Shown: positions 48,867 to 59,272 of the stretch, piece after piece
How the letters are laid out: every line of letters begins with the position of its first letter
Numbering within the stretch: position 1 is the first letter of the stretch
From: a virus
IMG/VR virus record: IMGVR_UViG_3300025789_000024
Coordinates: 32,001-96,000 of that record
Direction: 5' to 3' (one strand)
Length of the DNA: 64,000 nt
Position numbers and translations under genes: made by a program
The notes under the pieces: model-generated
Databases searched by the model: none
What the model was told of the DNA's origin: nothing
The model's input: only the letters and a program-made list of their open reading frames with translations

Positions 48867-50137
48867 TGGACAACGCAGTAGTCAAAAATCTAGTAGAAAA
48901 CGGTAAACACTTTTGTGTACTACCTTGGGTACATTTTCATGCATGGCCTGATAGTCGTGTAATGCCTTGCTGTATTGCAGATAGCAACATGCCCGTGGCA
49001 AAAATTGAAAGTGACGTATCCATCATTGAAATGATGAATAGTGAAGACTACAAGAAAATGCGTACAGCAATGATGAATGATGAGCCTGTTGAGGCTTGCA
49101 AACGTTGCTATGACTTGGAACTAATGGGCACATGGACTATGCGTCAAAGTCATAATAAACGCAGAGGTCTAGATTATGTTGACTATATTGTTGATGTTAC
49201 AAATGATGATGGTTCATTAAAAGAATTTGAAATGAAGTACATGGATATTCGTTTTAGTAATTTATGTAATATGAAATGTCGTAGTTGCGGGCCTGCATGT
49301 TCAAGTCAATGGGCACAAGAGTTCATGGATCAACGCGGGGAAGAAATGTTTAAAAAGTATTTCCCTAACCAAAAAATTGTTGTTAACAACAATGAAGACC
49401 AAACACTTATGCTTAAACTAAAGCCATATCTTGCTGATGTGACTGAAGTATACTTTGCTGGTGGCGAAATTATTATTACTCCTGAACACTATGAGTGCTT
49501 AGACTATTGGATTGAAAATGGATTAACCGATCAAGTTGAATTAAACTACACAACAAACTTCTCATCATTGAAGTATAAAAAGAATGTAGACTTGATTGAT
49601 TATTGGAGTAAGTTCCCTAACTTGCAAGTATGGGCATCACTTGATGCACATGGTGAATTAGGTGAGTGTATTCGTAAGGGTACTGATTGGGAAAAGATTG
49701 AAGCAAACATTCGTGAGATTAAAGAAAAAGTTCCGCATGTTAAGTTTCAGATTACTCCCACAATCAGTATTTGGAATGTGTTTGACTTCCCAGACTTCTT
49801 TGACTATATGATTGAAAAAGGCTTTATTGATACAATGTCAAGCCCACGCTTTAACTTAGCGACTAATCCATGGTACGCAAACATTATGATTCTACCTAAG
49901 CACGTTAAACGTAGGCTAACAGAATTGTATAGAGTATATCAAGAAAAGTACAAAGATAACATTGATATCTATAATGGATTTAAAATGATTATCTATAACT
50001 TAAATGTCGGTGATGAAAACAAAGGTGGTATCTTAGAGTTTAAGCAGTTCAATGATGAACTTGACACATTCCGTGACGAAAAACTTGAAGATATCGTACC
50101 AGAATTAAAAGAGGTCTATGAGTGGGCCGCAAGTTAA
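48866..50137 (+). CDS. Radical SAM protein with an N-terminal twitch domain
   Basis: FCVLPW...PCC...ACKRCY, CNMKCRSC, AGGE. Confidence 0.9.
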   Translation: MDNAVVKNLVENGKHFCVLPWVHFHAWPDSRVMPCCIADSNMPVAKIESDVSIIEMMNSEDYKKMRTAMMNDEPVEACKRCYDLELMGTWTMRQSHNKRRGLDYVDYIVDVTNDDGSLKEFEMKYMDIRFSNLCNMKCRSCGPACSSQWAQEFMDQRGEEMFKKYFPNQKIVVNNNEDQTLMLKLKPYLADVTEVYFAGGEIIITPEHYECLDYWIENGLTDQVELNYTTNFSSLKYKKNVDLIDYWSKFPNLQVWASLDAHGELGECIRKGTDWEKIEANIREIKEKVPHVKFQITPTISIWNVFDFPDFFDYMIEKGFIDTMSSPRFNLATNPWYANIMILPKHVKRRLTELYRVYQEKYKDNIDIYNGFKMIIYNLNVGDENKGGILEFKQFNDELDTFRDEKLEDIVPELKEVYEWAAS

Positions 50138-51093
50138 TCGCAATTGAAGCACCTCAACCATATGTTGCAGTAACATGGCAAGTTAACAATTTCTGTAACT
50201 TTCGCTGTAGTTACTGTAACCCCGGCAACTGGGCGGGCGCAAATCCCAACAATGGCAATTTAGATATTTACCTAGCTAACTTAAAAGTTATCGCACAGCG
50301 TTATAAACAATCAGGTTACAAGAACTTCAAGTTCTTTTTCAGTGGCGGCGAACCAACGGCATGGCGCAATTTTATTCCTATCTGTGAATGGATTCGTGAA
50401 GAACTACCTAATTCAACTATTGCAGTTAACACTAACTTAAGTCGTCCATTGGCATGGTGGGAAAAACATCATCATTTATTTGATGACATCGTTGCTAGTT
50501 TCCATGTAGAGTTTAGTGACAAGAAACGTTACGAAGAAAACAGCATTTATCTATGTGATAAAGTCAATTATCTTTCTAGTAAGATGTTGATGCATGAGGA
50601 AAGATTCTGGGAAGTTGTTGAGTTTGCTGAATATCTTAAAACAGTAATGCCAAACTATTTCATTGAATGGACTCCTTTATATGATGAACTAAGTCATGTT
50701 ACGGGTCCTTGGAATTATAAAGATCCTGCAAAAACAGAATTCTTTAAAACTCATAACATTGAAATGCAACAAACTAAAGATAAGCCTGCTAAAAGCACAG
50801 AGTTTGCAGTAAGTTACAATCGGTATGATGACAACACTACACAAGTATGTAATGCCAATGATGTGATTGTTAATGGGCAAAACTTCTTTAGTGGTTGGAA
50901 CTGCAATGTGGGTGATTGTATCTTTATCAATCCTGTGGGTGATGTTAGTCTAGCAAGTTGCGGACAAACTGAAAAAATAGGACATATATTAGAAGATATC
51001 AGTAAAGTGGGTCCAAAACAAATTACATGTTATAAAGAAATGTGTATGTGCGGTACAGATATTATCATACCGAAAATTCTAGTCGATAAATAA
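50122..51093 (+). CDS. Radical SAM protein with a C-terminal twitch/SPASM-like domain
   Basis: CNFRCSYC and SGGEP; C-terminal WNCNVG..IFINPVGDV..ASC...C...CMC. GTG start. Confidence 0.88.
   Translation: MGRKLIAIEAPQPYVAVTWQVNNFCNFRCSYCNPGNWAGANPNNGNLDIYLANLKVIAQRYKQSGYKNFKFFFSGGEPTAWRNFIPICEWIREELPNSTIAVNTNLSRPLAWWEKHHHLFDDIVASFHVEFSDKKRYEENSIYLCDKVNYLSSKMLMHEERFWEVVEFAEYLKTVMPNYFIEWTPLYDELSHVTGPWNYKDPAKTEFFKTHNIEMQQTKDKPAKSTEFAVSYNRYDDNTTQVCNANDVIVNGQNFFSGWNCNVGDCIFINPVGDVSLASCGQTEKIGHILEDISKVGPKQITCYKEMCMCGTDIIIPKILVDK
51085..51092 (+). promoter_or_regulatory. Late promoter box GATAAATA
   Basis: 5 nt upstream of the ATG at 51098. Confidence 0.6.
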
Positions 51094-51097
51094 CAAT

Positions 51098-52441
51098 ATG
51101 GAAAAAATTAAAGTTTGTTATAGTTGGATTGGCCCCAAAGGTCCGATTTGGAATACAGAAATTCCTAATGTGTTAAGTTTTGCAAGTGTGGCCGAAGGTA
51201 GTGGCACCACCTCTCATAACTTTTGGGCTGATGATCTCTGGAATCGAGTGTTTAGTCAACGCAAAGATATATTTGAAATGTATCCTGCAATTAGTGTTGA
51301 TGTAGATTCTAATGATCCTTTTATATTCCCCTACTCATTAACATGGCGAGTTAGTTTTGAGAACTACTTTTGCGGTAGAACAGGAATACTTGAATTCTCG
51401 CATATCCCATGGCATTTAATCAGACTGATTAGAATGAATAGGGGCTATATATTAATTGATCATAGCGTAGAAGCATTTATGAATTCAGGTCATATGAATT
51501 CACTACATGGATATTTTAGGGGTATTCATGGATTACCTCTTAACAAAATCATATATCTAACTGGTTGCATGAATGCTAAAGAAATGTATGACGAGTATTG
51601 TAACACACATAATATTCCAAACACTCCTGACGAAAGATTAACAATTGTTTCATATCCTTCATCACATAATATTTTTTCAATTCAACTAACACGACCTGAT
51701 ATTGTAGAAAAGAACGGGGTTCCAGAATATGATACTGAAACAGTACCTGAAAAATTGTTTTTAATGTGGAATCGTAGATACAGAAGACACCGTATTGAAC
51801 TAGCATTGGGTCTAGAAAAGAATAATCTAGTAGACAGAAGTCATATTAGTTTTAGCAAGTTTGATTTGGAACACCCAACTACTACATTAGAAAAATGGAT
51901 AGATAGTTATTTGCTTAATAATAATTATTTAGAAATTACACCTGAAGTTACCAATAGATTCAAGAACAAGCTACCATTGGTGTTAGACGCTGAAACTGAT
52001 GTAAACAAAATGTGTGCTGATGAAGAAAACTCCACAAAAGATTATTATAAAACAAGTTTAGTAAGTATAGTAACAGAAACAAATTTTGATTTACCAGAAT
52101 TAACGCTGACCGAGAAATCATTTAAACCAATGAAGCACAAACAACCTTTCATTGTTGTAGGTGTACCCGGCGCGCTAAAAGCAATGCGTGACATGGGCTT
52201 CAAAACGTTTAGTGATTTTTGGGATGAATCGTATGATACTATTCAAGATCCAAATATGCGTATGAGGAAACTTGTGCAATTAACTGCAACAATAGGTAGT
52301 TGGACACCTGATCAAATACTTGATTTTAAACGTAGAGTCAAACCTATAGTAGATCACAACTATGAACAATTAAAAGTTCCTAGTTCAACAATAGTAGTTA
52401 ACAAACTTATTTCAACAGTTATGGGAAGTAATCCAGTATGA
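51098..52441 (+). CDS. Putative glycosyltransferase with a GT10-like C-terminal motif
   Basis: SIVTET...LTEKSFKP...QPFIVVG...GFKTF..FWDESYD echoes the GT10 ENS...TEK donor-binding motif. Paralogues at 53409 and 62184. Confidence 0.5.
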   Translation: MEKIKVCYSWIGPKGPIWNTEIPNVLSFASVAEGSGTTSHNFWADDLWNRVFSQRKDIFEMYPAISVDVDSNDPFIFPYSLTWRVSFENYFCGRTGILEFSHIPWHLIRLIRMNRGYILIDHSVEAFMNSGHMNSLHGYFRGIHGLPLNKIIYLTGCMNAKEMYDEYCNTHNIPNTPDERLTIVSYPSSHNIFSIQLTRPDIVEKNGVPEYDTETVPEKLFLMWNRRYRRHRIELALGLEKNNLVDRSHISFSKFDLEHPTTTLEKWIDSYLLNNNYLEITPEVTNRFKNKLPLVLDAETDVNKMCADEENSTKDYYKTSLVSIVTETNFDLPELTLTEKSFKPMKHKQPFIVVGVPGALKAMRDMGFKTFSDFWDESYDTIQDPNMRMRKLVQLTATIGSWTPDQILDFKRRVKPIVDHNYEQLKVPSSTIVVNKLISTVMGSNPV

Positions 52442-53412
52442 AGAAAATTTTAGTTTGCGGTGCAGGTGGATTTATCGGCACATACCTAGTTGAAAAGCTA
52501 AAAGAACAAGGTAACTATGTTGTAGGGGCTGACTTGCATTATCCATTATACAGCGAAACACTAGCAGATGCATTTTATATCATGGACTTGCGTGAACAAG
52601 AAAATGTTCGTAAGTTGGTTACTAGTGATATTGATGAGATTTATCAATTGGCTGCTGACATGGGCGGCGCCGGATATATCTTTACAGGTGAACATGATGC
52701 TGATATTATGCATAACAGTTGCCAAATCAACTTGAACATCTTAGACGAGATGGTTAAGAAAAATGTAAAGAACGTATTCTATAGTAGTAGCGCATGTATG
52801 TATCCAAGTCACAATCAGGAAGATCCTGATAACCCCTTGTTAGCAGAAGATAGTGCATATCCTGCTAACCCAGACAGTGAGTATGGTTGGGAGAAACTAT
52901 TCAGCGAACGCTTGTATCTTACATATGCAAAGAACTATGGATTGAAAGTTCGTATTGCACGTTTTCATAACATCTTTGGCCCACGTGGTAGTTGGAACAA
53001 TGGCAAAGAAAAAGCTCCTGCTGCACTATGCCGTAAAGTAGCAATGTGCGAAGACAATGGCATTGTTGACGTATGGGGCCCAGGCAATCAAACACGTAGT
53101 TTCTTATTCATTGATGAGTGTGTTGAGGGTATCCAACGCATTATGGAAAGTAATTATACTGAGCCATTGAACTTGGGTAGCACACGTATGATATCTATCA
53201 ATGATTTGGTATTTTTGATTGCTAAAGTAAATAACAAAACAGTAAGCATTCGTAACATTGATGGCCCTAGGGGTGTTATGGGTCGTACTAGTGATAACAA
53301 CTTAATCAAAGAAAAAATTAATTGGCAACCTGACGAAGATTTAGAATCAGGGTTAATTAAAACATATCAATGGATTAGTGAACAAATTCAAAATGGTAAA
53401 GGTGATGTATGA
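52438..53412 (+). CDS. GDP-mannose 3,5-epimerase-like extended SDR
   Basis: GAGGFIG, QLAADMGG.GYI, SSACMYP (catalytic Cys), YGWEK (YxxxK), EKAPAA.CRK (catalytic Lys). Confidence 0.85.
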   Translation: MKKILVCGAGGFIGTYLVEKLKEQGNYVVGADLHYPLYSETLADAFYIMDLREQENVRKLVTSDIDEIYQLAADMGGAGYIFTGEHDADIMHNSCQINLNILDEMVKKNVKNVFYSSSACMYPSHNQEDPDNPLLAEDSAYPANPDSEYGWEKLFSERLYLTYAKNYGLKVRIARFHNIFGPRGSWNNGKEKAPAALCRKVAMCEDNGIVDVWGPGNQTRSFLFIDECVEGIQRIMESNYTEPLNLGSTRMISINDLVFLIAKVNNKTVSIRNIDGPRGVMGRTSDNNLIKEKINWQPDEDLESGLIKTYQWISEQIQNGKGDV

Positions 53413-54485
53413 TCACTGCCTACTTTGTAACATGTGCTAATATACCAATGCCGGCTCATCTATATGATTGGCAAAAAGAAATAAACGAAATTAAAGAATT
53501 AAATCCAGACTATTTGTTTGTAAATTGCACAACTGAGTATGAGCCTGCATATATTTTTAGAACATATATTAGTGGGTTGAATGACTGGTTAGTTGAAAAT
53601 AATAAAAAATTAATTATATTTTGTTCAGGACCTGATGGCTTAGAAATAACACCCAATGTTATACTCGAAAAGACATATGGGTATTATATAATCAATTATC
53701 AAAGTTGTAAAAAAGAACTTTTTGAATACGAAAATAGTCAAGCTGTGAGAATTGAACCTTATCAAGAAACACGTGCAGTTAAATGGTTTACTTGCTATAA
53801 CAACAATCCTAAGTACGAGCGTGGATTATTAGTAGATCAACTTGCAAAAAACAATTTATTACAACATGGTATAGTTACATTTCAATTCCCTGAAAGAGTT
53901 CAGGCACCGCATAATGTCACATTTTCTTGGAATCATCATGACGGGTCTAGGTTAATAGACGAAGAAGATTTTGTACTTAATAAAACTCCTGAATTCATCC
54001 CTAATAATTTTGCTAAAAGTTATTTTAATGGATTTATAGACGTAGTAAGCGAAAGTTCATTTAATACTGGTAATTTTTTTGTCACAGAAAAAACTTGTAA
54101 ACCGATTGTTGGATTAAAACCTTTTATGGTACTAGCAAGTGAAAACTATCACAAAAATCTAGTTGAAGATTACGGCATTGAATTGTATGATGAACTTTTT
54201 GATTACAGTTTTGATAGTATGCCAAACATTAATGATAGAATACAAGGAATCATTGATAATTTAAATAGGATTGTTCAATGGGACTTAAGCAAGATACAAG
54301 AAATACATAATATTTTATTACCTAAAATGTTATATAATCGACAAAAATTTTTAGATTATGGTAGTAATAAAGAAAAAATGGTACCTAAATCACTACAATT
54401 TTTAACAGAGACGGCTGATTATAAATTATATGGTAGGGGGTACGAGGTTATGTTAACATTGATGGAGCCTTGGTTAGTAAAATGA
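53409..54485 (+). CDS. Putative glycosyltransferase with a GT10-like C-terminal motif
   Basis: DVVSES...FVTEKTCKP...KPF...FDYSFD. Confidence 0.45.
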   Translation: MITAYFVTCANIPMPAHLYDWQKEINEIKELNPDYLFVNCTTEYEPAYIFRTYISGLNDWLVENNKKLIIFCSGPDGLEITPNVILEKTYGYYIINYQSCKKELFEYENSQAVRIEPYQETRAVKWFTCYNNNPKYERGLLVDQLAKNNLLQHGIVTFQFPERVQAPHNVTFSWNHHDGSRLIDEEDFVLNKTPEFIPNNFAKSYFNGFIDVVSESSFNTGNFFVTEKTCKPIVGLKPFMVLASENYHKNLVEDYGIELYDELFDYSFDSMPNINDRIQGIIDNLNRIVQWDLSKIQEIHNILLPKMLYNRQKFLDYGSNKEKMVPKSLQFLTETADYKLYGRGYEVMLTLMEPWLVK

Positions 54486-55378
54486 AAAAATATATTATTG
54501 GACTGGGATGTAGCTGGACACAAGGTGAAGGCGGATACCCTGATGAAATCGTTAAAGAATATAATGGTAGAGTGCAAATTAGCAATAGGGGTAAAAACGA
54601 TTATCACTTACGCAAATATGAACTTGAGAACAGCTGGGTAAATCAATTAGTACGTGATCACTTTCCTGATCACACTCCATTGAATTTAGGTATCAAAGGT
54701 ATTGGTAACAGAGCCGCAGTACACCAATTGCACTTTGTAGACAACGTTGACTGGGATAATAGCACAGGCATTATTGTGTTTATGATGTCAGGTATTGAAC
54801 GTTTTGATTTCTTTAGAGAACATCCAAAGAACATTAGTGACCATCAAACTACGCAACCAGATGGCTATAGTGATGGCACTTTTGCACACAACAAGTGGAG
54901 AACAATGTGGCCAGCACCCGGTGTCACTGGAGGTGAAGCACCATTGTGGGAATGTTATGCTAAAATGTTATGGAGTGAACAATTTGCGGCATGTGAACAG
55001 ATGATGGCATTACTTGATTTGCAAACATTTGCAAAAGCATATGGATTCAAAGTCGTAATAGCAAATGCGTTTAATAGTTATAACCCGCAAGGTATTAAAC
55101 AGTATCTAACCGAGAATGCATATTCATTAGTAAACAAGTTTGATTGGGATGGATACGTACATGACCAAACCCCTTACATTGCATTTATGCAAAAATTAGT
55201 ATGGGAAGATGGTTTAATGGATCCTCCTAGTTGGGGAGGATTTCATGCATTCTATAAACAAAGAGAATGGCCCGCTAAATATTTGACTAACTGTGATGGT
55301 GCACACCCCACTATTGAAGGCTATAAAGTAATAGCAGACGAGTTAGCAAATTTTATAAAGTTAAAAAGTTATGCCTAA
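54482..55378 (+). CDS. SGNH-like hydrolase or acyltransferase
   Basis: GLGCSWTQGEG, GIGN, DGAHPT..GY. Start at ATG 54482 (ATGA overlap with the previous gene). Confidence 0.6.
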   Translation: MKKYIIGLGCSWTQGEGGYPDEIVKEYNGRVQISNRGKNDYHLRKYELENSWVNQLVRDHFPDHTPLNLGIKGIGNRAAVHQLHFVDNVDWDNSTGIIVFMMSGIERFDFFREHPKNISDHQTTQPDGYSDGTFAHNKWRTMWPAPGVTGGEAPLWECYAKMLWSEQFAACEQMMALLDLQTFAKAYGFKVVIANAFNSYNPQGIKQYLTENAYSLVNKFDWDGYVHDQTPYIAFMQKLVWEDGLMDPPSWGGFHAFYKQREWPAKYLTNCDGAHPTIEGYKVIADELANFIKLKSYA

Positions 55379-57296
55379 AAAAGTAATAAGTTTTGTAAGT
55401 CCGAATTTTCAACAAGGTCCAAAAGAATACAATGCTTTTTACTTGCCTTATAGCCCTGCGGTTTTGTGGAGCTATGTTAGTTATTTTCCGCATATAAACG
55501 AGAACTATGAGTTAGGTGATTTTATATGGCGCAGGGATTATATTGAAGACGCTGTAGAATTATTACGTCATAGTGATATCGTTGGTTTCAGTACATACAT
55601 ATGGAATCGTAGTTATAGTGCAGTTCTTGGCAGAGAGTTAAAGAAGGCTAATCCCGATATCTTTATCATTGCCGGCGGACCCGAGTATCCTATTGAAAAA
55701 GAAGGCTTCTTTGAGAAATACCCATTCATTGATGTATGTGTTAAACTTGAAGGTGAAATAGCATTTAGACGCATACTAGAAAACTTGCATGAAGGTAAGC
55801 CTTTTACCGAGATTCCAGGCTTGCTTATCAATGACAATGGCAAAACTATTGACACAGGTAGTAGTCCACGTATTGATGAACTAGATACAATTCCTAGTCC
55901 TTATCTTTCAGGCATCTTTGACAAATTAATGGCAAAGCATCCTGAGATTCGTTGGAACGCAACACTAGAAACAAATCGTGGATGCCCCTATGCATGTACG
56001 TTCTGTGACTGGGGAAGTCTTACCTACAACAAAGTTAAGAAGTTTAACTTGGAACGTGTATATGCAGAATTAGAATGGATTGGTCAAAAGGGATTAGACT
56101 TTGTTAGTTTTACTGATGCTAACTTTGGTATCTTTCCTGAGCGTGATGGTCTTATTGCTGACAAACTAATTGAAGTTCAACAGAAATACGGCAACCCAAA
56201 AGCATATACAATTGCTTGGGCTAAAAATCAAAAGCAAGAAGTTGTTGACATTGTGCGTAAGTTAATCTATGAAGGTGGCGCAAAGATTGGATTGAACTTA
56301 AGTGTGCAAACAATGGATGACAATGTGTTAGACATTATTAAACGCAAAAATCTTGAAATGAACAAGATTGAAGAAGTGTTTAAGATGTGCGAAGAACATA
56401 ACATTCCTTTATACACAGAATTGATTTTGGGACTGCCCGGGGAAACGTTAGACAGTTGGAAAGAAAACTTTTATAAACTATATAAGAGTGGTAACCACAC
56501 TGGAATTACAATCTATCAAGCACAACTTTTAGAAAACGCTGAGATGAATTTAACACAGCGCAAACTATACAAATTAGAAGGTCGTGTAGTGTATGATTAT
56601 CTAGTTGGTACATATAACGAACATGAGCTACAAGAGGGTGTTGAAGTTGTTATTTCTACACGTGACTTGCCTATAGAAAAAATGACTAAAGCACAAGTGC
56701 ATAGTTGGTTTCAAAACACATTCCATATCAATGGTATTACAAACTACATTAGTAGAGTTTTGTATAAACTTAATGGGATAGAGTATCGTGAGTTTTACGA
56801 AAAGTTATATGCACATATCGAAAAAGATCCATGGTTAGCAAGTGAAATTCATCGTATTGCTGACCACTATCAAAATTGGGGTAAGCATGGTCGTATTGAC
56901 CACACGCCTATTCAAGGTATGGAGATTCACGGTTGGAACTTAGTACACAGCACAACAATTAATATTCACAGTGAAGGAATGCACAAACACGTATTTGATG
57001 TTGTTGAAGATTTTTTACGTACTGAATTTGACATCGAAGAAAGTTTGTTACAAGAACTAATGATTTTCCAAAGAAATTATTTGGTTGATCACAAAGACAT
57101 TGCAAACTATCCCAAACTATTGTCTTTCAAACATGACATTCCTAGCTATGTTCAAAACGCAAGTGAATTAGTCAGTCCATGTGAGTATGAATTTGATTTC
57201 CCAGAAGATAAAACTCAATCGTTACAAAGATTCTGTGAACAAATTTTCTTTGCAAGACGCAGAAACTTTGGTAAATCATGGATCACTAAAAAATGA
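55371..57296 (+). CDS. Cobalamin-binding (class B) radical SAM protein, probable methyltransferase
   Basis: B12-binding-type N-terminus (VGFSTYIWN, IIAGGP, EGE), ETNRGCPYACTFCDWG, DANFG, ELILGLPGET. Confidence 0.85.
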   Translation: MPKKVISFVSPNFQQGPKEYNAFYLPYSPAVLWSYVSYFPHINENYELGDFIWRRDYIEDAVELLRHSDIVGFSTYIWNRSYSAVLGRELKKANPDIFIIAGGPEYPIEKEGFFEKYPFIDVCVKLEGEIAFRRILENLHEGKPFTEIPGLLINDNGKTIDTGSSPRIDELDTIPSPYLSGIFDKLMAKHPEIRWNATLETNRGCPYACTFCDWGSLTYNKVKKFNLERVYAELEWIGQKGLDFVSFTDANFGIFPERDGLIADKLIEVQQKYGNPKAYTIAWAKNQKQEVVDIVRKLIYEGGAKIGLNLSVQTMDDNVLDIIKRKNLEMNKIEEVFKMCEEHNIPLYTELILGLPGETLDSWKENFYKLYKSGNHTGITIYQAQLLENAEMNLTQRKLYKLEGRVVYDYLVGTYNEHELQEGVEVVISTRDLPIEKMTKAQVHSWFQNTFHINGITNYISRVLYKLNGIEYREFYEKLYAHIEKDPWLASEIHRIADHYQNWGKHGRIDHTPIQGMEIHGWNLVHSTTINIHSEGMHKHVFDVVEDFLRTEFDIEESLLQELMIFQRNYLVDHKDIANYPKLLSFKHDIPSYVQNASELVSPCEYEFDFPEDKTQSLQRFCEQIFFARRRNFGKSWITKK

Positions 57297-58003
57297 AAAC
57301 ATTGTTTACAAATGGTTGTAGCTGGACATATGGCGGTGGCTTAGATAATACATATGACGAAGAGACACTACGTAATCAAATCGCATGGCCAGCACAATTA
57401 AAAACACTAATGAACTTTGATACGCATGTTAACCTTGCAGAAGGGTGCGGTAGTAACCAGCGTATAGTTAGAACTACATTAGAATGGATATGGCAACAGA
57501 CACCCGAAACATTAGAGAACACTACAGCAGTAATACAATGGACTGAACCATCACGTTATGAATATTACTATCCTAAAGATATAAATGATAGTTATGAAAG
57601 TTTGCCTGATCGTTGGGCAAGAGTTAAAATTGGCACAGTAATTGGTAAAACAGAATTAAAAGACAGAAGTTCATATGAAGATATGTTAAAGGATTCTCAA
57701 AAACGATATGAAAATTACACAGACATTGAAGGATTGTATCAGCACATTACTCATTGCGAAACACTAGCCAGCATTTTTAAATCTTATGGAATAAAATATT
57801 ACTATTGGAGTTATTGTGCAATATATGGAAACATGGAACAACCTTATAAAAAATTTATTATGGATAGATATAATTGGTTAGAACCATCTGGTAGGCACCT
57901 TTGGGATTATGATAGGCTTTATAATGACCCCCACCCTAGTGTTTTGGGACAACAACAACTAGCACAGCATATAAAAAATTCCATAGAAAATATTAACCTA
58001 TAA
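57293..58003 (+). CDS. SGNH-like hydrolase or acyltransferase
   Basis: NGCSWTYGG, NLAEGCGSNQRI.R, IQWT, DPHPS..G. Confidence 0.6.
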   Translation: MKTLFTNGCSWTYGGGLDNTYDEETLRNQIAWPAQLKTLMNFDTHVNLAEGCGSNQRIVRTTLEWIWQQTPETLENTTAVIQWTEPSRYEYYYPKDINDSYESLPDRWARVKIGTVIGKTELKDRSSYEDMLKDSQKRYENYTDIEGLYQHITHCETLASIFKSYGIKYYYWSYCAIYGNMEQPYKKFIMDRYNWLEPSGRHLWDYDRLYNDPHPSVLGQQQLAQHIKNSIENINL

Positions 58004-58006
58004 ATA
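57999..58006 (+). promoter_or_regulatory. Perfect T4 late promoter TATAAATA
   Basis: 5 nt upstream of the ATG at 58012. Confidence 0.7.
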
Positions 58007-58011
58007 TCTAC

Positions 58012-59196
58012 ATGAAAAAAGTAGCAATGATTGGTCTTGGTAAACTAGGTTTACCATGTGCAGAAGTAATGGCATCATGTTATGATGTGTGTGGGTATGA
58101 CATAACCATTGTAGACCCTACAATGACAGTTGCAATTAAAGGTTCTATACAAGAAGCTGTAACAGATAGGGACATTATCTTTATTGCAGTACCCACACCA
58201 CATGATCCTAAATATGGTGGCGAGACACCAACTAGTCATTTGTCTAATACTGACTTTGATTACACAATTGTTATTAACACATTAAAAGAAGTCAATAGAT
58301 ATGTTAATAAAAATCAATTGGTTGTACTAATCAGTACCGTATTGCCAGGAACAGTGCGTAATCAATTAATCAATCATATTTCAAATGCACGTTTTGTTTA
58401 TAATCCCTACTTGATTGCTATGGGCACAGTAGCCGAAGACTTTGCTAACCCTGAAATGATCATCATTGGTACAAAAAATGGTTCAATTACAGGTGATGCT
58501 AGTGAGTTGATTGATTTTTACGCACCATTAATGAAAAATAACCCACGCATCGAAGTTGGTACTTGGGACGAAGCAGAATCAATTAAGATTTTTTACAATA
58601 CTTTTATTAGTGCAAAGATTGCATTAGTAAACATGATACAAGACGTAGCAGAAACTAATGGTAATATCAACGTTGATGTTGTTACCAATGCATTAGCAAA
58701 GTCATCGTATCGTATCATGGGACCTGCATATATGAAAGCAGGTATGGGTGATGGTGGGGCTTGTCATCCACGTGATAACATCGCATTACGTTATCTAGCA
58801 GACAGATTAGATTTAGGTTATGATTTGTTTGATAGTATCATGACTGCTAGAGAAGTACAAGCCAAAAGATTAGCGCAAACATGTTTGAAATATGGTAACA
58901 ACGTTACTATCATTGGTAAAGCATATAAGCCCGGAGTTCATTATACTAATGGCAGTAGTAGTTTGTTAGTTGGATATTATATCACTGAATTGGGTGGCAA
59001 TGTAAATTACTACGATGTACATACAGGTGATACTGACCTTAAAACAGAAACAACTGAAGTATACATGATTGGTTATTGGGACAAATATGTAGAAGAATTA
59101 GATTTGCCTAATACAGCAGTAGTTATTGACCCCTGGCGCAGATATAACAAAACATCTAAACAAACTATCCATTACGGAAACACTAGAATGGGTTAA
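58012..59196 (+). CDS. UDP-glucose/GDP-mannose 6-dehydrogenase family protein
   Basis: GLGKLG, FIAVPTP, STVLPGT, AESIKIFYN, GDGGACHPRD (catalytic Cys), AYKP. Confidence 0.9.
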   Translation: MKKVAMIGLGKLGLPCAEVMASCYDVCGYDITIVDPTMTVAIKGSIQEAVTDRDIIFIAVPTPHDPKYGGETPTSHLSNTDFDYTIVINTLKEVNRYVNKNQLVVLISTVLPGTVRNQLINHISNARFVYNPYLIAMGTVAEDFANPEMIIIGTKNGSITGDASELIDFYAPLMKNNPRIEVGTWDEAESIKIFYNTFISAKIALVNMIQDVAETNGNINVDVVTNALAKSSYRIMGPAYMKAGMGDGGACHPRDNIALRYLADRLDLGYDLFDSIMTAREVQAKRLAQTCLKYGNNVTIIGKAYKPGVHYTNGSSSLLVGYYITELGGNVNYYDVHTGDTDLKTETTEVYMIGYWDKYVEELDLPNTAVVIDPWRRYNKTSKQTIHYGNTRMG

Positions 59197-59236
59197 TGCG
59201 CCAATTCATGTGCATGAGTTAATTTATACGTAATAG

Positions 59237-59252
59237 TATAATGCTCTAAATA
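59237..59252 (+). promoter_or_regulatory. TATAAT and TCTAAATA boxes upstream of the second B12 radical SAM gene
   Basis: Intergenic, followed by an AGGAG RBS and a TTG start. Confidence 0.45.
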
Positions 59253-59272
59253 GATTATACTAGGAGCAATCA

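Noticed and set aside
44703-51093. RiPP biosynthetic cluster or MoaA/PqqE cofactor pathway
   Set aside because: No precursor peptide, peptidase, exporter or other cofactor genes, and the context is sugar enzymes. Not fully excluded, given the 86-aa ORF.
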